Position numbers and translations under genes: made by a program. The notes beneath the pieces are model-generated. The model did not search any database. It worked only from the letters and a program-made list of their open reading frames with translations, and was not told the origin of the DNA. Source: Planctomycetota bacterium (GTDB taxonomy: Bacteria; Planctomycetota; PLA2; JAEUHO01). From it: a stretch of 64,000 nt of DNA. This document shows, in pieces, positions 17,993 to 27,617 of this stretch. The stretch lies in contig CBDCTJ010000001.1 in assembly GCA_965222115.1 (NCBI GenBank), forward strand, positions 128,001 to 192,000. Direction: 5' to 3'. Every line of letters starts with the position of its first letter. The stretch's first letter is position 1.

Positions 17993-20900
17993 TCATTTGG
18001 GAAGGCCTGCCTTTCGCCGGGCCGTCTTGCGCCAGGCGTCGAGAATCACGCCCTGCACGCGCACACTTTCTACTTTGATGGGCGTCCAACTGAGGAGTTG
18101 CAGCATGCCGCTTGCAAGCGCGGCACGCATCTGGGCATCGGACAGATTGCTCCCGGTGCCAATGCGCGCCCACTTGGGGTTCGTTCGTTCGGCAATCAAC
18201 TTGCCGTCAACAAAGAGGGCCAATCGAGCACGGTCGCGCTCGACTCGAACGACATAGGCCTGGCGACGTGGCATAAAGGCGAAAAGTCGCGGGTGCTTCT
18301 TGTTCGCCGCCTTACTTGCCCATTTCTCGTAGTTGGCCCCCCGACCCTGTCGCGGCCAGTCCCACCCTTCCAACGGAAACATGCGACCGAATGTCTTGCC
18401 GCCCGATTCGTGAAAGGCCACACCGCGGCCCAAGCCGTAGTAGTTGTGATCCGGTAGCGCAGGGCCGTCTGGATCCGGTTTCGCTCGATCCGGAAAACTA
18501 CCTTGTAGCGACATGGGATCGGCCGAGCACACCGCGACGCGGACGCCATCGATATCAAAGGCCAAAATGGTTGAGGGCACGGGAAACGAAATCTTCGCCT
18601 CCAGCGTCACGGGTTGTGCCGCGTCGAAGTACATGGGGAGCGAAAGGGGACGGTCGCGAACCGGTTCATCCCACCCTTTATTGAGATGCAATAACTTGGG
18701 TCGTGGGCCGCGTTGCGGCCCCGTGGTCACGCCGGGTTGACGCTCGAGTACGCCGTGTCCATGAATAAAGTTCTGCAACTGCGTGGGTGTATCAAAGTCG
18801 AATAAGAACTCGTGAACATCGTGTCCTCCACGCTCGGCTCGCGCTATGCGTCTAGGCTGGGACCCGGGCACGAGCGTCTGCAATTCATCGCGACCCAAAA
18901 ACTTGCCGCACTCGCGCATACGCCTCTCAAGCTTCTCCCGGCGTTTGGCCACCACCTCCGTGAAGTGCGAAGGCTCGCGCGGATTCATCAACTGCTTGAG
19001 GTAGTACAGCGCGTCGTGCCAACGTGCCTGCGCGAAAAAGCTCTCGGCCGAGTCCTCCAACTTGATGGCCAAGTCTTCCCGACGACGTTGCATCGCTTCA
19101 AGGACCTGTAACTTGCGTCGCAGAACATCTACCCATCCAGGCATCTGATCGGATTCAGGAAACAGGAGCATGGCGTCTCGGTAGCGCTCGATCTGCGGAC
19201 GGATGTCTTTGTTGGTTTCGGACGCTACAGGCGCAAGCGCGGCGACTTGCGCAAACGAGACCGCAAGCTGATCGAGGCGAGCGCGCGCGACTCTGGCCCA
19301 TCCCAAGAGGTGATCCAGCGCAATATCGCGAATGGAGTAACCCGGGTCCGCCTCGCGAGACCGCGACGAAGACAACCAAAATCGCTGCTTGTCTAAGTCT
19401 ACGCGCCGAACGTTCCAATACTTAGGCTGAGGCATAGCCGCTTGCTCAACGCCTCGCCACCGAATCTTTGCGACACGAGCCCTTTTCTTCTGGCGCTCGG
19501 CGAGGTAGCGGAGGCCTGCATCTTGGAGTTGCTCTACCACCAAGACCGTGCGTTTGACTTGATCGTTAACGGTGACGTAGGCCGCATCACCGGCGTGACG
19601 GGCAATCAACGCTCGCAGTGCCACCGCGTCATGCTGTTGCAATGCGGCAAGTGCACGATCCCAATAGGATCGCATACGTGCTTGCTCACTCTTCTTAAAG
19701 CTCTTCTGCCGCGTCATCAGACGATCGGCCCACTGCTCGGCCTTGCTGCCTAGATCGGGCCAACGCGCCGTTCGATCCGCGCGTTGTGCAAATCGTTGAA
19801 CGCGGACCGACACGCGATGAATGGCATCTGTGTCTTCGGAAGGCAAGGCGGTTTCGGCGCCACGCTTGAGATCGCTCCAAAGACCTCGTACCGCGCCGTC
19901 CATCTCGCTAGAGACCCGATCGGTAACTTTACGAAGCGCGCCCCGTCGCCCCACAAACCACTCAACGGGCAATCGGTACGACGACGCGGCCAAGGCCTTG
20001 CTCGCCTGCTGACAAATCGACGCCAAGCTCGCCGCACGCTCTTCCCAATCGAGCTCGAGTTTGTGCAGATCCAACGTCGACAACTCTCGCCCCGTGCCCA
20101 CCATTCGTCGTTTGAGCGCGGGGCCCGTAAACGCACTCACGGCGCCAGAGAGCGCACGATGCATCGCAGAGACGTGACGCTGTGCCTGCTGCGCCGAAAC
20201 GAGCGCGGTCTTCCACGCCTTGGTCTCGACATACTCCGATGCCTGCTGCTTGTCGCCATGCGGTCGCTGCATGCGCGCAACATGTTGTTCCCAGTGCCGC
20301 GCGTAGGTACTCATTTCATCGGGAACCGTATTCTTGAGCTTCTTAACTTCTCGTTCCCACATGGACGACGACGCATCCCGTATCTGCTTGGTCAGCGTAT
20401 CGACGCGCTTGAGAACGGGCGCATTGAACCGGTCCAGTTTCTTGCTAAAGGTGGTGAGTTCGGACAATGCCGATGCGAATTTCCAGGCCTTTTGATGGGC
20501 CGCCACGCGCGGGATCAACGCCTCAAGGGCCGTCATTTCCTTGACGGCGGTCGCCAGTCGGCGGACGCGCTCCTCGATATCGTCATCGGGCGTAACGTCC
20601 TTTCCGGCCTGTTCACGCCACGCCACAACCTGCGATCGCGCGCGCTTCACCCGGTTCAGTTTGTCGTTAAGGGCACCCAACGAGTCGTCCATCTTGATCT
20701 CGTTGCGTGGGTCCAACACATCGGACCGTGCACTTTCTAGCATTGCGCGGGCCTGCGTCTTGGTGCGCCGCTCCGACACCTTGTACAGGGTGAAACCAAT
20801 CGCTGCGGCCACCATCGCCCCAATGGCCACGCGACGACCCCAGGTGCGTACCCGTTGACGAAGTAGATAACCTTCCCAGTTGCCGGTGAACCCTTCCGGG

Positions 20901-21952
20901 ACAATGGTTCGACCGTCCACGATGCGATCGATGTCTTGCACCACATGGAGCGGCGTCTTGTGACGAAGACTCGCATCCTTCAACATCATGCGTTCAATGA
21001 GATAGCTGACCTCCGAGCCGACCCGTGAGTTGTGAACCCGGGGCGGCACCGGTTGCTCATAGAGCACCTTGGTAATGATCTCGGCGAGCGTACGCCCGTC
21101 GAACGGTGGCTTGCTCGTGACCATGGCATACAGCGTGGCGCCCAAGCTATAGATATCACTGCGCGTATCGGCTTTGCTGGGATCCTCGGCCTGCTCCGGT
21201 GAGATAAACTGTGGCGTGCCCACGGTGGCGCCATGTTGCGTGAGTCCCAGGTCGATCGGCCCCTTCGCGAGACCGAGGTCCATGAGCTTGGGAACGCCAC
21301 GCTTGGATATGAGCACGTTGCCGGGCTTGACATCGCGGTGCACCACGCCCATGCGCCGCGCCTTTTCCAGAGCGTCGGCAAGCGCGCGCGTAATGCGAAG
21401 CGCCTCGACGATCTCAAGCGGGCCCTCGCGCTTGATGCGCTCTTTGAGTGTTTCCCCCTCCACGTACTCCATGACGTAGTAGGGGAATCCGCTCGCCTCA
21501 CCGGCGTCAATCACGCGAACAATGTTGGGGTGGTCCAAACTTGCAAGAAGTTTGGCTTCTTCTCGCAGACGAGCAATCTGCGTCTTGTCTTCGGCGTGCT
21601 CCCGGTGCAACACTTTGATGGCAACCATGCGATGCAACGCGCGATGAACAGCCTTGTAGACGGTTCCCATAGCACCGGAACCCAGCTTCTCAACAAGCCG
21701 GTACCCGGGAATCTGTGCTTGCCGACCGCCCGGTTCAATGACGCCATACACGCGCCGTGCTTGATCTTCGGTCATCCATCCACGCTTGACCAAGATTACG
21801 GCGAGCCGTTCTTCGATGAGCAAGTCCTCGGCCATGCGCTTTTGCACGGTGAGGCCTTGGGTTACTTGTTCGTCCTTGATGAATCCAAGTCGCTGCGCTT
21901 CCTGCGCAAACAAGAAGTCCTCGTCGCGTACGGTCATCGGTCGAGGATCCAT
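17993..21952 (-). CDS. Hanks-type Ser/Thr protein kinase, single TM, large extracytoplasmic region
   Basis: LGSGAMGTVY, VAIK, HRDVKPGN, DLGLAK, GTPQFISPEQ, DIYSLG; TM VAIGAMVAAAIGFTLY; 1319 aa. Confidence 0.95.
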   Translation of the reverse strand: MDPRPMTVRDEDFLFAQEAQRLGFIKDEQVTQGLTVQKRMAEDLLIEERLAVILVKRGWMTEDQARRVYGVIEPGGRQAQIPGYRLVEKLGSGAMGTVYKAVHRALHRMVAIKVLHREHAEDKTQIARLREEAKLLASLDHPNIVRVIDAGEASGFPYYVMEYVEGETLKERIKREGPLEIVEALRITRALADALEKARRMGVVHRDVKPGNVLISKRGVPKLMDLGLAKGPIDLGLTQHGATVGTPQFISPEQAEDPSKADTRSDIYSLGATLYAMVTSKPPFDGRTLAEIITKVLYEQPVPPRVHNSRVGSEVSYLIERMMLKDASLRHKTPLHVVQDIDRIVDGRTIVPEGFTGNWEGYLLRQRVRTWGRRVAIGAMVAAAIGFTLYKVSERRTKTQARAMLESARSDVLDPRNEIKMDDSLGALNDKLNRVKRARSQVVAWREQAGKDVTPDDDIEERVRRLATAVKEMTALEALIPRVAAHQKAWKFASALSELTTFSKKLDRFNAPVLKRVDTLTKQIRDASSSMWEREVKKLKNTVPDEMSTYARHWEQHVARMQRPHGDKQQASEYVETKAWKTALVSAQQAQRHVSAMHRALSGAVSAFTGPALKRRMVGTGRELSTLDLHKLELDWEERAASLASICQQASKALAASSYRLPVEWFVGRRGALRKVTDRVSSEMDGAVRGLWSDLKRGAETALPSEDTDAIHRVSVRVQRFAQRADRTARWPDLGSKAEQWADRLMTRQKSFKKSEQARMRSYWDRALAALQQHDAVALRALIARHAGDAAYVTVNDQVKRTVLVVEQLQDAGLRYLAERQKKRARVAKIRWRGVEQAAMPQPKYWNVRRVDLDKQRFWLSSSRSREADPGYSIRDIALDHLLGWARVARARLDQLAVSFAQVAALAPVASETNKDIRPQIERYRDAMLLFPESDQMPGWVDVLRRKLQVLEAMQRRREDLAIKLEDSAESFFAQARWHDALYYLKQLMNPREPSHFTEVVAKRREKLERRMRECGKFLGRDELQTLVPGSQPRRIARAERGGHDVHEFLFDFDTPTQLQNFIHGHGVLERQPGVTTGPQRGPRPKLLHLNKGWDEPVRDRPLSLPMYFDAAQPVTLEAKISFPVPSTILAFDIDGVRVAVCSADPMSLQGSFPDRAKPDPDGPALPDHNYYGLGRGVAFHESGGKTFGRMFPLEGWDWPRQGRGANYEKWASKAANKKHPRLFAFMPRRQAYVVRVERDRARLALFVDGKLIAERTNPKWARIGTGSNLSDAQMRAALASGMLQLLSWTPIKVESVRVQGVILDAWRKTARRKAGLPK

Positions 21953-23802
21953 GCCGGGTCCACGTCCCAGGTGGGCGGTGGCCGACGCCCGCGCTCGCGC
22001 ACGAAGTGAAGCCGAGAGAAGTAGGGAAATGCCGCCAGGTAGCGCTTGAGGTAGCGTTCGGGCTGCTGCTTGATCTGTCGTTGCCCCTCCTTGCTTGGCA
22101 CGATGGAGTCGAGTCGAAACAACTTATGCACGCGATCGTTGACGCGGCGAACGGCCACATCAACGATGTCGTTGGACAGGAGTGCGTGTGGGCACGTCAC
22201 GCTCGCTTCGATGTTGCGAAGATGTCGATACTCAAGGGGGTAAACCTGAGCGCTGGTCAATCGCCGCTTCTGTGCTGCTAGGAGTTTCGCCATCACGGAC
22301 GTGAACGCTGCGTCACGGTCAAAGACTTTCTTGGTGGCGTACTCAAGCGACTCGACTATTTGAACGCGCGTTTCAATGTTTGGAATGCGCTCCGCGTGAA
22401 GTGCGCGCAGCAGGCCAATGGCGGCATACCACCGCGGGTCCCACGTTTTGGAAGGTGTGGGACGACGCGATTCCGTGCGCAACCAGTCCAAACACGCACC
22501 AATGCCTGTTTTGGTACCACTTTGTCCGGCGCGCAGCAAGGCAAGCGCCAGCGTGGGCTCTTTGACGACTGCGGGAACGTCACGCGCACGGGCAATCAGT
22601 TCTTTCTCAAGCCAAGGGGCACGGCAAAATAGGAGCGCTTGCGACGCCGCACGGGCCACTTCAAGCTCCGATGTGGGTGCCAACGCTAACTCGTAAAGCG
22701 ACCGCCACTCGTCATCGCCCAAGTTGTTTCGCACGGTAAGCGCACCGCGAGAAAACACGGCCTCGGCGCCCTCTTCGGGCTTACGTATGTTCACGCTCCG
22801 GGTGAGCACCGACATAATCTTCTTGACGGATGCGGGATCGCGCGTCCAGGGCGGGGGTACATCATGAACGGCGCAAAGTCCCAGCGATAGGCACGCGGCC
22901 GCCACGACGGATTGTTGATGTTCTCGGTGAATATTGGCCAAAAACGCATCCGGCGAGGCCGCACGAAGCATGGCACTCGTCACCATACGCGTCTGCGTGC
23001 GAGCGGTTGTCTCGTCCTTTGCCGGCGGTTTGGCACCAAAGGCCGACTCAATTTTGGATCCACCGATCTTTGCTAGTGCCAACATCGAAGCGACCGATAC
23101 GAACTCAAACGGGTCCGATGTGAGCTGCAGCAATTTCGTGCGCGCGCGTTCAAGCCGCTCTTTGGCCGCCCACCGTGCGCGAGCAGGTCCCGGCACAGGC
23201 CCGTCGCCGTCACCCGAAATGCGCGACACCCGTGACGTGCCGTCGGTCCATGGAAAGCAACCGAGCGCCAACCCGGCAAACGCAATTCGATGCGGATCGC
23301 TACCGGTGTCTGACAAAAGCTTCACCATCTCGCTGAGCGCAATACGCGTCTCGGGCGATGGACCGCAGGTGTCGCGAAAGGCGCCAATGGTAAGGAGTGC
23401 ATTCCACGCATGTGTACGGGACGCAGCTCCAGAAAAGAGCGTGGCACGTAGGGCGGGCATGGACACGAGCCCGTAGCGAAAGATCAAGCGGTCGCGGGCC
23501 AGGACGACTTTGTTTAGGTCCGCGAATGAACCATCAATTTGATCCACGACCTCAGCGTGTGTAGGCGGGTCGTAAACTTCCGGTTCGGTGAACACGATCG
23601 CCTTGGGCAAAGGCTCCAGATCACGGTCGCGATTGATCTCCTCGGCGGCAAGCAGGCTCGGCACGAGGACAACGAGCAGCGCTATGCGTGCGCAGAGTCG
23701 AAGACGGGAACATCCAGTTCGGACAAAGCGACGACGTCGACCCCGACGGGGCACGAAAGCAAAGCGCTCGGCGGAATCGCTGGCCTTATCCATAGCACGC
23801 AC
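21934..23802 (-). CDS. Exported all-helical (HEAT/ARM-like) hypothetical protein
   Basis: Signal-like IALLVVLVPSLLAA; repeats such as AFAGLALG, ASMLALAKIG, AACLSLG, AASQAL; overlaps the kinase start. Confidence 0.7.
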   Translation of the reverse strand: MRAMDKASDSAERFAFVPRRGRRRRFVRTGCSRLRLCARIALLVVLVPSLLAAEEINRDRDLEPLPKAIVFTEPEVYDPPTHAEVVDQIDGSFADLNKVVLARDRLIFRYGLVSMPALRATLFSGAASRTHAWNALLTIGAFRDTCGPSPETRIALSEMVKLLSDTGSDPHRIAFAGLALGCFPWTDGTSRVSRISGDGDGPVPGPARARWAAKERLERARTKLLQLTSDPFEFVSVASMLALAKIGGSKIESAFGAKPPAKDETTARTQTRMVTSAMLRAASPDAFLANIHREHQQSVVAAACLSLGLCAVHDVPPPWTRDPASVKKIMSVLTRSVNIRKPEEGAEAVFSRGALTVRNNLGDDEWRSLYELALAPTSELEVARAASQALLFCRAPWLEKELIARARDVPAVVKEPTLALALLRAGQSGTKTGIGACLDWLRTESRRPTPSKTWDPRWYAAIGLLRALHAERIPNIETRVQIVESLEYATKKVFDRDAAFTSVMAKLLAAQKRRLTSAQVYPLEYRHLRNIEASVTCPHALLSNDIVDVAVRRVNDRVHKLFRLDSIVPSKEGQRQIKQQPERYLKRYLAAFPYFSRLHFVRERGRRPPPTWDVDPAWILDR

Positions 23803-23907
23803 GGGTTAAGTCTATCGCCTGCGCCCACCAACCGGACGCCTACCCGGGCAAATCGCCACAAAGTCGCCGTTTCGCCCCAAACAAGGGGCGATCAGGCGCC
23901 GATTGCA

Positions 23908-25908
23908 CTACTTGTGCTGCAGGTCACGCAGTTCGACGTCGGTGTCGCCGGGAAGGGAAAAATCGACGGATTGGTGGCCGCTACGTGCCGTGTAGTCGCC
24001 GGGTGGCATCCACGAAAACACGGCGACGCCTTCCGCGGCTCGAACCATGCGATGAAAGCCAGGGTTCTTGACCGGATCCTTTGGCAAGACCATTGTCATA
24101 GTATCGCCACCGCGCACGGTGACTTCGTAGAGCTTGGAGATGCGAAGGCGAACGTTGTTTCTTCCGGCCTTTAGTAAGACCGACTCCGTGTGGATCTTTG
24201 ACTGCGTGGGGCCCATGCCTGTTGTCTGAATCGATACAGCGAACTTCACGTTTCCGGGCTGAATGGAAGGAATGGTGACGCGCCCTTCGCTGTCGCATGT
24301 ATGCCTCGCGCCCGACATCGCAGGCTCATCCCTGTACACGCAAAGAACTTCGTTTGTCAGCCCCAACGCCTCTATACCTTCAACGACGATGGATGCCGTG
24401 GCGACCTCGCGAAAATGAACCTCAATCTCCTGGCCCGCGATCCGATCCACGCTGACGTGCTTCGTGCCATAGGACTTCGTGCGCACGGAAAACGTGTACG
24501 CTCCCTCCCCGGGCGGAGCACTTACGCCAAATGCGGGCATTACGAGCTGGCGACCATCCACCGCATGCGTCGCAAGGGCGCCACCCGATCGAGTCTGTCC
24601 ATCGCTCTTGTACAGCGTGGTAAACGTAGCCGAGGGGATGTGTGTTCCTGCGGGCCCACGCACAACCAACGTGACATATCGTGATGAATCCAATTGCGGA
24701 ACGCGGAGCGTATGGCGTTGCAAGCCAGGTCGGACGGAGACGATTTCAAATCCCTCAACGATCTGGCCGTCGCTATGCAGATGCACGTGCCTCCCGCGCA
24801 CAACCCCAAGGGCAATTCGCTCGCAGCCGGGGTTCACAATTTCGAACTCGTATTCGTTCTTTGCGTTGATGGGGCGCTCTGCTCGCTGCCCATATGCTTT
24901 CAACTTCGCTTTCGTGATACTGGACGTACCGCCCTTGACTGAATCGCGTAGGGGCGTCCACAACAGACTCGCGTCGCTGTACTCGCCCTTTGGAAACGTG
25001 ACTTGAACGACCAGAACGGGCGTGTGCGTGAGCGTCAGTTGAAGTTCGGTCGTCTCTCCTTCCGAGATCATCACATCCTTCGCCGAAGCAGTGAATTCAC
25101 TGTGTGCGCCGGCCTTCACTTCCACCCGGTAGAGTCCGGGTTGCACATCTAGGATGTTGTTCGTGGCCCTCCATTGCACGCCGAGATGCTCGTTTGCCGA
25201 GATAAACTTTACCGACGCATGCTTCTGTGCGTGCCCACGCGGCCACGCAAGTCGCAGATGACATGCCGTTCGTTTGATCGCCGTGAAGTTGACCACCGAG
25301 CCGGCCGTAACAACGGCGTGCTGTCTCCGTTTTATTCGCCACTCGTCCGAGGACGCGCGAATGTCATAGTTGGCATCAATTACTCGATCGAACTGGAACG
25401 ATCCGTCTTCGGCCGTTGTCGTCTCGACACGATTTACCGTTGTCCAGCGATCGTACCCAAGGGTCCACTCAAGCCGTGCAACGAGACGCTCCACATCTCC
25501 TTGAATCTCGGGATTGTCCTTGCGTTCCCACGTCCACTGAGGGACAGCCGAGATGATGACGCCGGATACGCCCACGCCTGCTTCGGTGTGTACCATCCCC
25601 GTGATCGTCCCGTCTCCCACCTCCGGCTCCGGATCGGGCAAGTTGAGAACGAGCTTACGTATGGCCGAGCGTTCCGGGGGCTCAGGTTCGCCTGCTTCCC
25701 TTGCATCAGACTGTGCACGCTTTAGAACAACCTGTGGCGGCCGATTGGCACGCACCTCGACGTCCGGCCTCGTCTCCTCATCCGTTTCGATCTCGCAAGC
25801 TGGCGTTGAACTTGACGATGTGCCGACTACGTAGCCTCCTGCAAATGCCGCAACCGCAATCAACCCACTCACTAATAGAATTGCGTATCCATTCACTTCG
25901 GTGCGCAT
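23908..25908 (-). CDS. Membrane-anchored protein with carboxypeptidase-regulatory-like (prealbumin/CnaB-type) repeats
   Basis: N-terminal TM; GTITGMVHTEAGVGVSGV, TTTAEDGSFQF...YDIRA, DSEGRVTIPSIQPG, AEGVAVFSWMPPGDY. Confidence 0.72.
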   Translation of the reverse strand: MRTEVNGYAILLVSGLIAVAAFAGGYVVGTSSSSTPACEIETDEETRPDVEVRANRPPQVVLKRAQSDAREAGEPEPPERSAIRKLVLNLPDPEPEVGDGTITGMVHTEAGVGVSGVIISAVPQWTWERKDNPEIQGDVERLVARLEWTLGYDRWTTVNRVETTTAEDGSFQFDRVIDANYDIRASSDEWRIKRRQHAVVTAGSVVNFTAIKRTACHLRLAWPRGHAQKHASVKFISANEHLGVQWRATNNILDVQPGLYRVEVKAGAHSEFTASAKDVMISEGETTELQLTLTHTPVLVVQVTFPKGEYSDASLLWTPLRDSVKGGTSSITKAKLKAYGQRAERPINAKNEYEFEIVNPGCERIALGVVRGRHVHLHSDGQIVEGFEIVSVRPGLQRHTLRVPQLDSSRYVTLVVRGPAGTHIPSATFTTLYKSDGQTRSGGALATHAVDGRQLVMPAFGVSAPPGEGAYTFSVRTKSYGTKHVSVDRIAGQEIEVHFREVATASIVVEGIEALGLTNEVLCVYRDEPAMSGARHTCDSEGRVTIPSIQPGNVKFAVSIQTTGMGPTQSKIHTESVLLKAGRNNVRLRISKLYEVTVRGGDTMTMVLPKDPVKNPGFHRMVRAAEGVAVFSWMPPGDYTARSGHQSVDFSLPGDTDVELRDLQHK

Positions 25909-26052
25909 GGTGAAGCTCCCGGGACAGTGTACCGGCAAGGCATGGACAGCGCAGGCAGGACGAGGATACGAAGAACTCTTCTTGTTCTTGGATACGGGTG
26001 AGGCGAAAGATTCAGATTCGGAAACGGGGGCTGCTGGGGCAAGCCGGGGAGA

Positions 26053-27585
26053 CTACTTGATAAGAAAACCCGCTTCGACATACGCACGCCACTTGCGATC
26101 CAGTTTGCGGTAGTCAAAGCCGTAGGCTTCTTGGAGGGCGTCTTCTTCGGGCTTGTCGCGGACTTTGCTCAAGTCGATGAACTTCTTGAACTTCTCGGGA
26201 CTTAAGCGCGTCAAGTATTCCACCACACTCCACGCCTTGGCAAGTTGGGGATAGCGGAAGTTGGCTTGACCAAACTTTGCAATTCTACGCAGCGGCGAGT
26301 CGCTTCCCTCGGCGACCGCCAGCTTGAGGGCGTCGCGCCACTTGGCGGTGTCGCTCCATTTGAGAATCTCGCCTTCGCCGCCCCCCACCACGCTGTCTTC
26401 TCCGCGGCCCAAGGTGAACGTGGAACTGTAACCAATCGATTGCATTTCGAGGTGATAAGCGAAGCCCTGAAGCAACCACTGGGATGGAAACTTGTAGTTC
26501 ATCTTATAGCGCGTGAGCAAGACGTTCGAATAGCTGTGAACCACGTTGCTCACAAACGTCTTGTCCGTGTTCGGAAACTGATACACGCAAACCAAATTCG
26601 GATCCTGCGCCCACCAAAATGTGTGCTGGCGTTTGACGGCGTCGCCCCATCCAGGAATCAGCTTGTTGGCCTTCACTCGCTTTTGAAACCAATCGGCAAA
26701 CGCTCCGTAGGGTTCCGACTTTTCAAAGAGCATCAAGAATGCGCGCTCGGAACCGTCGTCCGGCAAGTCTTCCGCCGTGGGTCGTAATATCCTGCGAAAC
26801 ACGGTAAACGCTTTCTCCGCTGCTTCCGCCACGCGTTCAGCCATAGATCCGGGAATGCGATACACCACGTCCACGTGACCCGACCAGCGATAGCCATATT
26901 CAAGCCGACTTCCGAACTTGGCTTCTTTGACAAACTTCTTACCGGCCTCTTCCCCCACGCGCACCCACTTGCCTTCGTGCTTCTTGTAGCCGCGCCGTTC
27001 ATGCCACTCGTCGTCGGTGACCCAGGTGTCGCCATCTTTGCGCATGCCCTTTTGGCGTGCGTCGCGCTCTTCGGGTGTGACCCATTCGCCCTTGTACTCC
27101 ACAAGACCCTTCGCCTTGTACTCCTCAACCTTAGCCGCTTCGTCCGCTTGTTTCTTCTCCTCGGGCGACATCCACTTGCCATCAATCTTGATGTGGCCTA
27201 GATATTTTCGCGCGCGCACATCCTTGGGTTTGATCTTGATGATCTGCTCCAGGATCTCATTGAGTTCGCTCTCAAATCCCGCCGACTTTGCCCAGCGATG
27301 AAGCTTCCACAGCGCCTTGACATCGTTCTTTGCTTGCCCGGCGCGGTAGGCGAGTTGTTTGCGCAGCGGGGGCACGCTTTCATCGATGCGCTTCACGTTG
27401 TCGCGTGACACGGTCTTCACACCATCGAATGTGGTTTCGATGACGATCTCTGCGTCGCCTTGCTTGGTGATCTCCCCCTCATACACGGTGCCATCTTTGG
27501 TTTCCACAACGTCGGCGCGCGCGTCGACAAGGAACGGAATCGAGGCAACGAGCGCAAGGGCGAAGAGACGTGGACGATAGCGCAT
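26053..27585 (-). CDS. Exported protein, DUF1570/peptidase-MA-like C-domain with degenerate Zn site
   Basis: Signal peptide; DVVETKDGTVYEGEI; four G-x-x-x-x-G-x-W repeats; VVHSYSN...PSQWLLQGFAYHLE...AWSVVEYL. Confidence 0.65.
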   Translation of the reverse strand: MRYRPRLFALALVASIPFLVDARADVVETKDGTVYEGEITKQGDAEIVIETTFDGVKTVSRDNVKRIDESVPPLRKQLAYRAGQAKNDVKALWKLHRWAKSAGFESELNEILEQIIKIKPKDVRARKYLGHIKIDGKWMSPEEKKQADEAAKVEEYKAKGLVEYKGEWVTPEERDARQKGMRKDGDTWVTDDEWHERRGYKKHEGKWVRVGEEAGKKFVKEAKFGSRLEYGYRWSGHVDVVYRIPGSMAERVAEAAEKAFTVFRRILRPTAEDLPDDGSERAFLMLFEKSEPYGAFADWFQKRVKANKLIPGWGDAVKRQHTFWWAQDPNLVCVYQFPNTDKTFVSNVVHSYSNVLLTRYKMNYKFPSQWLLQGFAYHLEMQSIGYSSTFTLGRGEDSVVGGGEGEILKWSDTAKWRDALKLAVAEGSDSPLRRIAKFGQANFRYPQLAKAWSVVEYLTRLSPEKFKKFIDLSKVRDKPEEDALQEAYGFDYRKLDRKWRAYVEAGFLIK

Positions 27586-27617
27586 GAGGCCTCCCGGCAC
27601 GCGGTCAGGGCAGTATG

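Noticed and set aside
19784-20740. 318-aa plus-strand ORF (and similar antisense ORFs at 35723-36727, 43127-44182, 17570-18457)
   Set aside because: Fully antisense to well-supported genes; no recognisable motifs.
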